A program made the translations under genes and the position numbers. Of a stretch of DNA of 64,000 nt, positions 39,073 through 48,440 are shown one piece after another; positions within the stretch are counted from its first letter, which is position 1; each line of letters starts with the position of its first letter. The stretch lies in the IMG/VR virus record IMGVR_UViG_3300029286_000011. One strand, 5' to 3'. The notes beneath the pieces are model-generated. The model saw only the letters and a list, made by a program, of their open reading frames with translations. It did not search any database and was not told the origin of the DNA. The stretch comes from a virus (Duplodnaviria; Caudoviricetes).

Positions 39073-40134
39073 CTATCCGCCTACCCGACTGGGCACTTTC
39101 GTTTCTGTCACGTAAGTTTCAGGGTCGGGCAACGGTGTACGTGCCCACTCGATCGCCCTGTTAAACGCCTTTTCCGCTGCCAGCTTCTGCGCATCGGTGC
39201 ATTCACTCCACACACCGGATTCGAAGAAGTACCACTTGTCGGCTTCCTCTTCTCCGACGACACGTGTGACACGCTCTAGAGCCTGCTCACGTGACCTACC
39301 AATCTGCACAGTACTGGCCTTGGCTCGCACCGTAGAACCATCGCCAAAAACCTGAACAGAGCAACGTCCGATCGATAGCACTGAACGATTACCGGCCCTT
39401 TGCGAAGAATCATTGCCGGCTATCTGAACGGATTCTGACGCTGCATGCTGACATGCGTAATTACCCGCAACCTGTGTTGCGCTATAGCCTGCTCGCTGCA
39501 TTGCATACTCGTTGGCAACTTGCAGACCTCTATCGTGCGCACTTTGCAGGGCGTAATGAGTGGCAATCTGAACAGAAGACTGTGATGTCCTCTGCATTGC
39601 CTGGCTGCCGGCGTGTTGAACGGACAGCCAGCCTGATGACTGAACAGCCTGGTCAGCAGCCTGTTGGTACGAGCAGTCGCTAGACTGTTGCATGGCATAT
39701 TCGCTTGCGCACTGGACAGACGATTGTCTGGCGACCTGCGTAGAATTCCAGCCACAAGACTGCAGGGCTGATTGTGCGGCAACTTGTATCACATAGTCTC
39801 CACCGGACTGCCGCGCGCTTTCAATCCGATTATCCATCGAACAGCAGTGGTACTTGCGCCACTCAGGCAGCTCTGCACGCACACGTTGTTCAGCATCAGC
39901 TGCGTTGTACCAGTCAGGTAGATCGATCTCGGCCTGGTCTGTTCGGAACAACCAGCTATCAATCGGTAGGTCATACTGCCAGTCCTTAGGAGACAGCTCG
40001 ACACTGACGGTATTAGCGCCTCGTACGCCGGCTGAGTGCAGGTCGAACTCTTCGATAATGTCGGAGTGCCTATTGGTCTTCTTCGACCAGAACACACGGT
40101 CTTTAGTCAACACAAAGGATGCAGGGTTACACAC
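39073..40134 (-). CDS. Octapeptide-repeat beta-solenoid protein
   Basis: 17 consecutive Q-initiated 8-mers (QVAAQSAL ... QRAGYSAT QVAGNYAC QHAASESV QIAGNDSS QRAGNRSV). Confidence 0.8.
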   Translation of the reverse strand: MCNPASFVLTKDRVFWSKKTNRHSDIIEEFDLHSAGVRGANTVSVELSPKDWQYDLPIDSWLFRTDQAEIDLPDWYNAADAEQRVRAELPEWRKYHCCSMDNRIESARQSGGDYVIQVAAQSALQSCGWNSTQVARQSSVQCASEYAMQQSSDCSYQQAADQAVQSSGWLSVQHAGSQAMQRTSQSSVQIATHYALQSAHDRGLQVANEYAMQRAGYSATQVAGNYACQHAASESVQIAGNDSSQRAGNRSVLSIGRCSVQVFGDGSTVRAKASTVQIGRSREQALERVTRVVGEEEADKWYFFESGVWSECTDAQKLAAEKAFNRAIEWARTPLPDPETYVTETKVPSRVGG

Positions 40135-40186
40135 AGTATTATCCTTGTACTGTTGATGGCTGTAGCTAGAGAATGTGCGTAGAAGA

Positions 40187-40993
40187 CTAGCGCTGCCAGT
40201 ATGCAGCTAGCTTATCTTCGTAGCCTTCGCCCTGAGCGAATGGCGGCTGCATGGATTTAGAGCACCACACGATGTCCGTATTGGCGCGCATGTACATATC
40301 CGCATCGATGACCCATTCGCCTGTGCTCAGTCCGCACCAAGACAGGGCAGTATGTGCCATCGTGGGTGTACGTCTGCGTTCCAATTGCAGCGTGCTGATG
40401 AAGTCCATGTAACAGAAGTAGGGTATCTCCGTGCAGCAGAAACGGACGCCATGATCTTTGGCGTCAGGTCCGTACTGTGCAATCAGCTCCCTGTGCTTCG
40501 GCCCGTTGAAGTCGAAGAAGTAGTCGTAGGGAAAGCCTACGAGCTGATTAGCTGTCTCGACAGCCTTTTCTTTAGCTATCGCAGGCAGCAACGGACGCAG
40601 TACACACGAGTAATCGCTCCAAAGCAAATGTGCAGCAGATCGCCGCACAACGCCTTCGGAGATAGCTTCCACGCACATACCATCTTCAACGGCTAGCCCC
40701 GCGTGGATAAGGGAGCCGCCTATGGCCAGATTGCTCAGATAGCCTTCGTCACGGTGCAGCAGTATGTCGCCAGGCTCTACAAGCGAGTTCGTGACATGTA
40801 GAGCCTCATCCAGCGACACCTTGTTACGCCACGAATACCATCCAAGCATGAATGGGAACTTGTCCCAGCCCAGCCAACGAAGATCGCCAGGCAGGAAGAC
40901 AAGATAGCGGAAAACCCTATGCAACAACGGCAGTTTGCTCTCAGAGTAACCTGTGCAAGCCTCAGCCAGTGTCGTAAGGGTTTTCATCTGCAT
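40187..40993 (-). CDS. Permuted papain-like NlpC/P60 (YiiX/YebB-like) enzyme
   Basis: EPGDILL..HAGLAV..VEAISEGV..GFPYDYFFD..FCCTEIP (His before Cys, permuted order). Confidence 0.85.
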   Translation of the reverse strand: MQMKTLTTLAEACTGYSESKLPLLHRVFRYLVFLPGDLRWLGWDKFPFMLGWYSWRNKVSLDEALHVTNSLVEPGDILLHRDEGYLSNLAIGGSLIHAGLAVEDGMCVEAISEGVVRRSAAHLLWSDYSCVLRPLLPAIAKEKAVETANQLVGFPYDYFFDFNGPKHRELIAQYGPDAKDHGVRFCCTEIPYFCYMDFISTLQLERRRTPTMAHTALSWCGLSTGEWVIDADMYMRANTDIVWCSKSMQPPFAQGEGYEDKLAAYWQR

Positions 40994-41005
40994 GGTGCGT
41001 CCTGC

Positions 41006-41473
41006 CTATCGAATGTCTTCCAGGTCGTACACAAACCACTTGTCGATGCATACGCCACACTTAGCCGCAGAGTCAGCTATGTCCTTCTGCCATGTCGAGC
41101 AGCATGTGACAAACGTCTTACCGTACTTGCGAATCAGGGAATAGTCTGAACCGTACTTAACGCGTTCATCGGCCAGCATGCGCTTCATAGACGCTATCGG
41201 ATCTTCGTCAAGCGCAACAGCCTCAGGCAACTGTGAGTCGGCTGGTGCGTAGCAAGATATAAACACAACCAGATCGCCATCTTCAAGCTCAAAGTCCCTG
41301 GCAACGTCTTGAAACGTCTTATCGACACCACGGCGTACAGTCACATAGAAGTCAGAGAACTTGTCACTCTCTGATCGAAGCATGTCGAACTTGAATCCGA
41401 CCGTCGAGATGATATCGGACTTATAGGCATGACAGCCCTTGACACCGTACCAAGCAATTCCGATCCCGGTCAT
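41006..41473 (-). CDS. Hypothetical protein immediately downstream of the array
   Basis: 155 aa ORF starting 13 nt from the last repeat. Confidence 0.6.
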   Translation of the reverse strand: MTGIGIAWYGVKGCHAYKSDIISTVGFKFDMLRSESDKFSDFYVTVRRGVDKTFQDVARDFELEDGDLVVFISCYAPADSQLPEAVALDEDPIASMKRMLADERVKYGSDYSLIRKYGKTFVTCCSTWQKDIADSAAKCGVCIDKWFVYDLEDIR

Positions 41474-41486
41474 TAGTACCCCTCAA

Positions 41487-42733
41487 TTCTGTTGTCCGAG
41501 TGTGTGGTTACTAGCAGTGGTTGATGTTATCGAGACTGATGGTTACTAGCGCGAAGTGATGTTGTCAGTGCCAATGGTTACTCACGGTGCATGCTGTTGT
41601 CTTGTGGTTTGGTTACTCGTTCTGCCTGATGTTGTCTTGTTTTTTGATTACTTGCATCCCATGCAGTTGTCAATGGCTGTGGTTACTCACACTTATTGCT
41701 GTTGTCGCCATCAATGATTACTTCCGATGACTGCGGTTGTCTCAGGTGCTGATTACGCGTGGGGATTCAATTGAGTGGATGTTGTCAGCGCTAAGGATTA
41801 CTCGACGAGGATGCTGTTGTCTGGGGGCATGGTTACTCGTGGACGATGCTGTTGTCCGGTAGGTTGATTACTCGTTTGACCTGCTGTTATTGGGTCCAAT
41901 GATTACTCGCACGGGTTGATGTTATCTTTCTTCCTTGGTTACTCGCGGTACTTGAGGTTATCGTCGTCGGTGGTTACTCAACGTCGGTGATGTTATCGAC
42001 TTGATTGGCTGTTCTGCGTTAGTGCTGTTATCGGTTGATCTGATTACTCGGACATTGTGATGTTGTCTGGGAGCAGTGGCTACTCTCGGAGGGTGCTGTT
42101 GTCTGGGAGCATGATTACTAAACAGTCGTGCTGTCGTCGCTTGGCTTGATTACTCGCTGTCAATGATGTTGTCTGTGGGGCTGATTACTCGGACATTGTG
42201 CTGTTGTCTGGGAGCATGATTACTAAACAGTCGTGCTGTCGTCGCTTGGCTTGATTACTCTCGGAGCATGATGTTATCGATGCGTTTGGTTACACGAGTG
42301 TAATGCTGTTGTCACGGTCTTTGGTTACTCGGACAGCGTGATGTTGTCTGGAGCAGTGGTTATTTGGCCTGCGTGATGTTGTCTGGACCGATGATTACTC
42401 GCCACCAATGCTGTTGTCGTAAGGTGTGATTACTCGTGGACGGTGATGTTATCCGGTAAAGTGGTTACTTCAGGGGTCTGCTGTTGTCACGGCATTTGGT
42501 TACTCAAACTATGTGATGTTATCGTGGCGTGTGATTACTCAAGTCGCATGCTATTGTCTGAGACTTTGATTACTCCGGGTGCGTGCTGTTGTCTGGGACA
42601 TTGGTTACTCCGGGTGCGTGCTGTTGTCTGGGACCTTGATTACTCTCTGAAGATGCTGTTGTCGTATCAACTGGTTACTACAGCGTGGTGATGTTGTCTC
42701 GGGCCTTGGTTACTCCTGGCGACTGATGTTGTC
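41487..42733 (-). repeat. TIGR-like dual-repeat guide array: 35 units of 35 nt
   Basis: Plus-strand consensus TGMTGTTRTC-N8-TGRTTACTC-N8; 36 copies of the 10-mer and 35 of the 9-mer, mapped by hand. The period is not a multiple of 3 and there is no ORF through the region. The strand is inferred from gene orientation. Confidence 0.9.
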
Positions 42734-42765
42734 TTAACGCGTGAGTGCTCAAACCTAATGCAGTT

Positions 42766-42771
42766 ATCATA
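42766..42771 (-). promoter_or_regulatory. Possible -10 box (TATGAT) for the array transcript
   Basis: Lies in the short leader about 32 nt upstream of the first repeat; no convincing -35. Confidence 0.3.
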
Positions 42772-42795
42772 GTGTGTGAATGCTTAGGGAAAGTA

Positions 42796-45762
42796 TCAGG
42801 CGCTCGGGGCAACGGTTGTTGCCTGTTGCGATTTAGCTCGAATCTGTGCCAGAGCAGGCTTAAGCTGCTTAAGAATATAGTTCTGCATTGTTTCGCTCTT
42901 ATTAGCCCGCTGCAGTAACGCCAGGGTCTTCTCAGGCGTGTAGCCATACTTGGCCATGGATGTCATCAACTCCTTGTATTCCTCTGGTGTGACCTTCAGA
43001 TCATTCATGAGCCAGGGGAATTGCTGCTGAGCGGCAATGAATTCAGGCGAACCTACAGCCGCCGCAGGTGCAGCGCTGGGCACCGGACTTTCAGCGCCTG
43101 GAACTGGCACAGCTGACGGAGTAGGCGTCTCTTCACCACCCGCGCTAGCAGGCACAGCAGCTGCCTCAGGCGGTACGGCAGGAGCCTCAGGCTGCTTGCC
43201 GCCGAGGTACTGTCCGATTGGGCCGGGTATGTTGTGGCCAAACAAGCCTAATGCACCAAGGCCGAGGCCGGCTGCCATAGGCAATCCGCCACCTTCGCCT
43301 GATGCAGCTTGGTATCCGCCGTACAGCAACGGCAGTATAGCCATCGTCGTCATCCACTTCTGCTGTGGGGACAAATGGCCATATCCAAGCATCTCGAATA
43401 TCGGATCGAAAGGCGTTGTCTGTGCGGGTTGCTCAGGTGTTACCGTGCCCGTCACGTTAGCCTTGGGCAGCTTCTCCAACGGTGCGGCAGGCTCTGGCGA
43501 TGCAGGCTGCGCTGAAGGCGCATTGCTGCCAGGTACACCCATATCTGGCATAGGCACCGGAGGAACTGCACCCTTGGGCATAGGCATCTGAGGCATTGGT
43601 ACTGGCGGTACAGCGCCCTTAGGCCCAGGGTATTGAGGCATAGGCACTGGCGGCACCTTGCCAGGCGTCATGGGATTTGTCTGGGGGTTAGGCTGCGCTG
43701 GAGCTGCAGGCTCAACTCGAAGGGCGTTGTCTGCTGGAGTACCGGCCTGCTCTTCATGATGTTTGATTATCGCCTGTACCAATTCGTTATTGGGATCTGA
43801 CGCCATGTCATCAACAAGCTTGTTAGCGCCTACATCATGCGCCCTGTCGATCAATGCATCGGCTGTGGCTAGACCAGCGCCCATGCTCAATGTCTTGTTG
43901 GCCATAGGTCCGACAACAGGCGTTTGCGGATGCAGGCTCAGAGCCTTCAATCCCTTATCCACTATGCCATTTCTGCTTATGAGCTGCCTGCCCTTACCTG
44001 CGCGAAGAGAAGCACGAAGTCCACCGGCACTTCCACCAACCAATCCGCCGGCAAGAGCCATATCGCTGTCTTCACCTGTTATGGCCTTATTGCCAACGTC
44101 ATAGGCAAAGCCGGCGCCACTACCACGAATTGCACCGCCCAGCGTGTTATCGACTATCGTTCGCGGTACACGCGGCAGGGACTTCGTTATGCCCTTCACA
44201 GCGCCATGAGCTGCACCAAGACCGCCGAGCGTATTGGCAAACGTGCCATCTTCTTTGCCAGTAATCTTGTCTAAGCCGGCACCCAAGGCATAACCACCAG
44301 CGCCCTGTGCAACAGGCTTAACGACAAGGTTCTTCACAAGGCCGGGTGTTTTATCGGCTACAGACTTGGTTGCTTTGACAGTTGCCGACGGTATGGCTTT
44401 AATGGTTCCTTTAACGATATCAGTAAGGCCGCTGAGCTTGATCAATGGCATGAGATCATCGGCAGACTCAGGCGTGACTCGTATGGCCGTTTCAGCGGCC
44501 TTGATGATGTCTGCATTCATGTAGCCCTTGTCAGTCAGCGTGAACAGGAAACTGAGGGCAAAGTCGGACAGTTCAGCCAGCTTCTCTGTGCTGTCATCGT
44601 CCTTGCACACACAAGGCGACAGATTGCACGTTTCACACAGATTGCGATCAACAGGGATCGTCTTATGTTCACTGGCTTTGGCAAGCATGGCAGAGTTCTC
44701 CAAGTCTTTAGGTTTAACGAGCGACTTGTACAGTTGGCGGCCTATTTCACCGGCACCTACCAGTGAGCCACCTATTCCAAGCCGTCGAAGACCGCTAGGT
44801 AATTTACGAATGAACGGCAGCGGATTGAGTCCGGTGAACGTATTGATAGCTGATGGCACCATCTGGATTGCTGTGGGCGCTGCAGCTACAGTCTTAGACA
44901 AACCCTTGCGTGCCACAGGGCTAGTCATGACGTCTGCAAATAGACTCATAAGCTGGCGGCGACTGATCGGCTCGTTGTGGCTGACACTGGCCAGCGTGCT
45001 GATCATAGTTGGTGATATACCCTTAAAGGCCTTGCGACCTATCAAATTCTGTACAGCGCCTATAGCTGCCCTTGGTATGGCTGCTGACTTCTCGGCAGCC
45101 CTCACAGGCAATTGATTAGACGCAAGCAATGTACGCAACACAGCTCTACGCGCCTTTGTAGCCGCAGGATTCATGCCACGATTTATTCGGGTGTTCTGTA
45201 GGGCTGTGATCAGAGAACGAAAGCGTATATTCTGCAAGGCTGATCGTGTGTCTGTACCTCGCTCTTCATCCGATACAGGATCACCGACCTCACCAGTGCC
45301 GAAGTATGTGCGACTGCCACGATACTTAGCTCGACGTGCATCGTTAGCCTGATTAGTCCATTCGAATGTAACCGGATCAATAGGCAGCAAACGAGGATTG
45401 TGCAGCTTGTAGCCTGCCTCTTCTATGAACTCACGAGCACCCGCCTGCTCCAACGTCTCACCGTCTTCAACGCCGCCACCAAATGCACCATGGTTCTTGT
45501 CCTGATCGTAATAACCGCCAAGAACTTTGCCCGCCTGATTAAGGCCGAACATCTCTATTCGATCACGGTACGGACGCGAGTCATCAGCCTTTTTCTTAGC
45601 TTTCGGAGACTTGATCTTCTTGATCACGTTGGTGTCCTTCTTCGACTTGTCGATAGGCTTGCTAGGCTTGTCGATACGCAGCTTGCCAGGCACGCTGTCC
45701 TGCAGCTTACCAATAGGCTGCATGCCCTGCGTCATCAGCGCTATGAGCTGGCTTAGTGTCAT
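42796..45762 (-). CDS. Large multidomain protein: Nudix hydrolase, Gly-rich hydrophobic helices and Pro-rich linker
   Basis: Canonical Nudix box GGVEDGETLEQAGAREFIEEAGY; glycine-zipper-like AGGYALGAGL / LAGGLVGGSAGG; PVPMP repeats. Confidence 0.8.
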   Translation of the reverse strand: MTLSQLIALMTQGMQPIGKLQDSVPGKLRIDKPSKPIDKSKKDTNVIKKIKSPKAKKKADDSRPYRDRIEMFGLNQAGKVLGGYYDQDKNHGAFGGGVEDGETLEQAGAREFIEEAGYKLHNPRLLPIDPVTFEWTNQANDARRAKYRGSRTYFGTGEVGDPVSDEERGTDTRSALQNIRFRSLITALQNTRINRGMNPAATKARRAVLRTLLASNQLPVRAAEKSAAIPRAAIGAVQNLIGRKAFKGISPTMISTLASVSHNEPISRRQLMSLFADVMTSPVARKGLSKTVAAAPTAIQMVPSAINTFTGLNPLPFIRKLPSGLRRLGIGGSLVGAGEIGRQLYKSLVKPKDLENSAMLAKASEHKTIPVDRNLCETCNLSPCVCKDDDSTEKLAELSDFALSFLFTLTDKGYMNADIIKAAETAIRVTPESADDLMPLIKLSGLTDIVKGTIKAIPSATVKATKSVADKTPGLVKNLVVKPVAQGAGGYALGAGLDKITGKEDGTFANTLGGLGAAHGAVKGITKSLPRVPRTIVDNTLGGAIRGSGAGFAYDVGNKAITGEDSDMALAGGLVGGSAGGLRASLRAGKGRQLISRNGIVDKGLKALSLHPQTPVVGPMANKTLSMGAGLATADALIDRAHDVGANKLVDDMASDPNNELVQAIIKHHEEQAGTPADNALRVEPAAPAQPNPQTNPMTPGKVPPVPMPQYPGPKGAVPPVPMPQMPMPKGAVPPVPMPDMGVPGSNAPSAQPASPEPAAPLEKLPKANVTGTVTPEQPAQTTPFDPIFEMLGYGHLSPQQKWMTTMAILPLLYGGYQAASGEGGGLPMAAGLGLGALGLFGHNIPGPIGQYLGGKQPEAPAVPPEAAAVPASAGGEETPTPSAVPVPGAESPVPSAAPAAAVGSPEFIAAQQQFPWLMNDLKVTPEEYKELMTSMAKYGYTPEKTLALLQRANKSETMQNYILKQLKPALAQIRAKSQQATTVAPSA

Positions 45763-45820
45763 GCTACTTGCCTTCTAGCACCCGTCACGCGAATGTGGTT
45801 GAGGACCCGCATATGCGGCC

Positions 45821-46522
45821 TCACATTGTCACTACTACTTCCCATTGAGCTACCACATCGGGGTTCAAGTCGCGGATCGGTTTAGGCCCGAGCTTCTCAT
45901 CGTACTTGACAGTGTCTACTGGGGAATCAATGGGTACCACACACGGGTCATCGGTGGACCGTACACAGCGGCCAGCCAGGAGCTTCATCGCAATCGACGA
46001 GCGTCCAACGCCACTCTTGTACTCGTTGATGACTTGCACCACGTCTGAGACGAGCACGTGGCATTTGTGTCCGTGCCATACGGACCAAGAGAATCGCAGG
46101 CCCATGGCCCTGAGAACACCCTCGCCGGTGTCCTTGTCCTGCTCGAAGCTGGGCATTCTGATCCACACGCCCTTCCTGGCCTTGCGAAGCATGACCTGAA
46201 TCACCGCGCTAACCCATTCCATGTTGGGCAGGTGCTCCAAGAAGTCCCAGGCCAGATAGTAATCCGCCTCGGGCAGCTCTTCCAAAGCACCGTCTGCCGT
46301 GAGATCCAAGCACCGAAAGCGCAACCTACGAGACTCAAGATCCGCTCGAAAGCGTTCCTGTATGTCGATTCCCAGGCACTCGGCCGGGTCGATGCTGCGT
46401 ACAAGCGGTCCGTAGTACATCGACCCGCGACGGATGAACTCAGTAATGCCGTTGCCCAGTTTGCATCCCAGTTCAACCACCTTCAGCGTCGTTTCCGTCA
46501 TTGATTGCTGTGCATATGCCAT
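45821..46522 (-). CDS. Methyltransferase-fold protein
   Basis: VVELGCKLG..LGIDI..DYYLAWDFLEHLP. Confidence 0.7.
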   Translation of the reverse strand: MAYAQQSMTETTLKVVELGCKLGNGITEFIRRGSMYYGPLVRSIDPAECLGIDIQERFRADLESRRLRFRCLDLTADGALEELPEADYYLAWDFLEHLPNMEWVSAVIQVMLRKARKGVWIRMPSFEQDKDTGEGVLRAMGLRFSWSVWHGHKCHVLVSDVVQVINEYKSGVGRSSIAMKLLAGRCVRSTDDPCVVPIDSPVDTVKYDEKLGPKPIRDLNPDVVAQWEVVVTM

Positions 46523-46524
46523 CG

Positions 46525-48399
46525 TCAGCCTCCGTTGACCAGCCTTGCATATGCGCAGCAGAACTTCATCGAGGCCTGCTTGTCGTCCAGCCCCAGCGTC
46601 TTGACCTTCTTCTTAGGCCGCATGGCTTTGTACGCACCAATGCCGCCAAGACCAACCAAGCTAGCTGCACCAAGCCCTGTAGGCCACGGATACTTCTTAG
46701 CGAAGTCCATAGGTGCCTTAGTGAACTCACCCCAGCTTGCGCCAGGATTCTCAGCCAGCTCACTGAACTGTGATACAGGGGCCTTACGCCACTCTGCCAA
46801 CAATTCGTCGTACGCCGTCTGATCCTTAGCGCCAGCCAGCGTAGATTGCAGTATCGACTGCGGTGTAATAGGCCGCTGACTAACAGCCGTCGTGAACTCG
46901 GGGCTATGCTCAAACACAGGCTTAACCGGTGCAAGCATATTGCGGATTTCTTCCAAGCTAGGCAATGCACTTTTGACTGCAGCAGTCTTCTTCTTTGCCT
47001 TGGGCTTTGCCTTGGACTTGGCTTTTTCCTTTGCTACCTCGTCCGCTTCGAATTCGTCTGTAAGCCGCCACGACTCAAACTCATCTGCCGGTGTAGCAGG
47101 ATCGGCAGCATCAGAGTCCGTATAACGTGATGGATTCATATCCCGTAGCGCCATGGAGGCAAGCATCGAACGCAGATAAGGGTTGTTCACCTTTGTCGGA
47201 GCATAACTACGATCTATCGCCCGTCCAACAGTGGCATAGTCACGTGCCGGAGATGAGAACAATCGCGTTAGCATTCGCGGCTCTTTTGTACGTGCTGCAT
47301 CCAGAAAGATCTGCCCCAAACCGCCGGCAGAGTCATGAATGTTGGATGCAATGGGCACAGGCTTGGCGAGATCCTTCCAGAATATACCGGCCGCTTTCTC
47401 TTTAGACTCTTCAGACTCGTCAGGCGTCATATAGAGGCCACCTAGATAACCACCAAGACCACCCAATGCACCGCCAAGAGCACCGGCATGCGGATTGTCA
47501 TTGGCAGCCAGACCCAGGTTGCTACCGACATTAAATCCAAGGCCAGCCAGCAATCCACGAATGGAACCCTTACGCCCATTCGCCAATGCACCAACGCCTG
47601 CACCGATCATAGGCGCAGCCGCCATGCTACCGGCAGCACCAGCCGGGCCTGAATGCAACAATGCATCATTAGCACTTACAGCCTCGTTGCCGAGTGTGCC
47701 TATCAATGCGCCCAATGCACCACCGCCAATCGAAGCGCGTTTGCACGATACAGCAGCACGTTTTCCTAGCGATGATACCTTCATAGTATCTTCCTGCGTT
47801 TTTTGGGTTTTCGACTTCCTGTTCTTACCCGGTTTATCTGGCTTAACACCAGCAGGCGGACGCTTGTAACTATCCGTGGCCATACCTGCCAATGAAGCGG
47901 GCGTTAAACCAACGGAGACGCATGTAGAGGCCACCTTAGGCCCTGCAGGCGTAATTGGGCGCTTAAGTCCCTGAGAGCCCTGTGAGGGCCCACCGGGCCA
48001 ACCTGGAATTCCTGTAGGCTGACTATGCACTTCAGGCATCATATTGATATCCGGCACCTGTTCAGTAACCGGACCTTGCCCAGGAGCATACGTAACACTG
48101 CCCTGTGAGTTAGGCATGAATCCCTTCGTCGGTGCCTGCGGAGGCATAGGTGCGGGTGCAGCCTGCGGAGGTGGAGCCTGAGGAGCTTGCTGTGGTTGAG
48201 GAGCAGCTGGCTGAGGAGTAATCGTCCTCTGCTGCTGTATAGCCGCTGCCTCCTGCACACCCTGTGTCGTAGCTGCACCACCAGGACCACCAGGACCAGA
48301 TGTAGCGGCAGCATTAACACCCATAGCCGTAGCCGTAGGCGTTGCAGGCCTAAGAGTCATATTCTGCATAGCTGGTTGCGTGCCAGGTGCAAGTGACAT
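46525..48399 (-). CDS. Low-complexity Pro/Gln/Ala protein with glycine zippers (candidate virion protein)
   Basis: GGGALGALIG, GALGGALGGLGGYLGG and a C-terminal hydrophobic GLGAASLVGLGGIG segment. Confidence 0.65.
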   Translation of the reverse strand: MSLAPGTQPAMQNMTLRPATPTATAMGVNAAATSGPGGPGGAATTQGVQEAAAIQQQRTITPQPAAPQPQQAPQAPPPQAAPAPMPPQAPTKGFMPNSQGSVTYAPGQGPVTEQVPDINMMPEVHSQPTGIPGWPGGPSQGSQGLKRPITPAGPKVASTCVSVGLTPASLAGMATDSYKRPPAGVKPDKPGKNRKSKTQKTQEDTMKVSSLGKRAAVSCKRASIGGGALGALIGTLGNEAVSANDALLHSGPAGAAGSMAAAPMIGAGVGALANGRKGSIRGLLAGLGFNVGSNLGLAANDNPHAGALGGALGGLGGYLGGLYMTPDESEESKEKAAGIFWKDLAKPVPIASNIHDSAGGLGQIFLDAARTKEPRMLTRLFSSPARDYATVGRAIDRSYAPTKVNNPYLRSMLASMALRDMNPSRYTDSDAADPATPADEFESWRLTDEFEADEVAKEKAKSKAKPKAKKKTAAVKSALPSLEEIRNMLAPVKPVFEHSPEFTTAVSQRPITPQSILQSTLAGAKDQTAYDELLAEWRKAPVSQFSELAENPGASWGEFTKAPMDFAKKYPWPTGLGAASLVGLGGIGAYKAMRPKKKVKTLGLDDKQASMKFCCAYARLVNGG

Positions 48400-48440
48400 A
48401 AGACAATGCTCCCTTCCTGGGAAGAAAAGACGTATAGATG

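Noticed and set aside
41787-41794. Spacer AGCGCTAA matches the core of the 4-copy palindrome (self-targeting?)
   Set aside because: An 8-mer is expected about twice per 64 kb by chance, and neither neighbouring spacer matches the flanks as tandem targeting would require.
41487-42733. CRISPR array interpretation
   Set aside because: The repeats are 9-10 nt of two alternating types with 8-nt spacers, and no cas genes are in the window.
41487-42733. Coding tandem repeat or DGR template/variable region
   Set aside because: The 35-nt period shifts frame each unit, and GAG-TAA gives stops. Variation is not adenine-specific and no reverse transcriptase is seen. The short ORFs at 42443 and 42678 are by-products.
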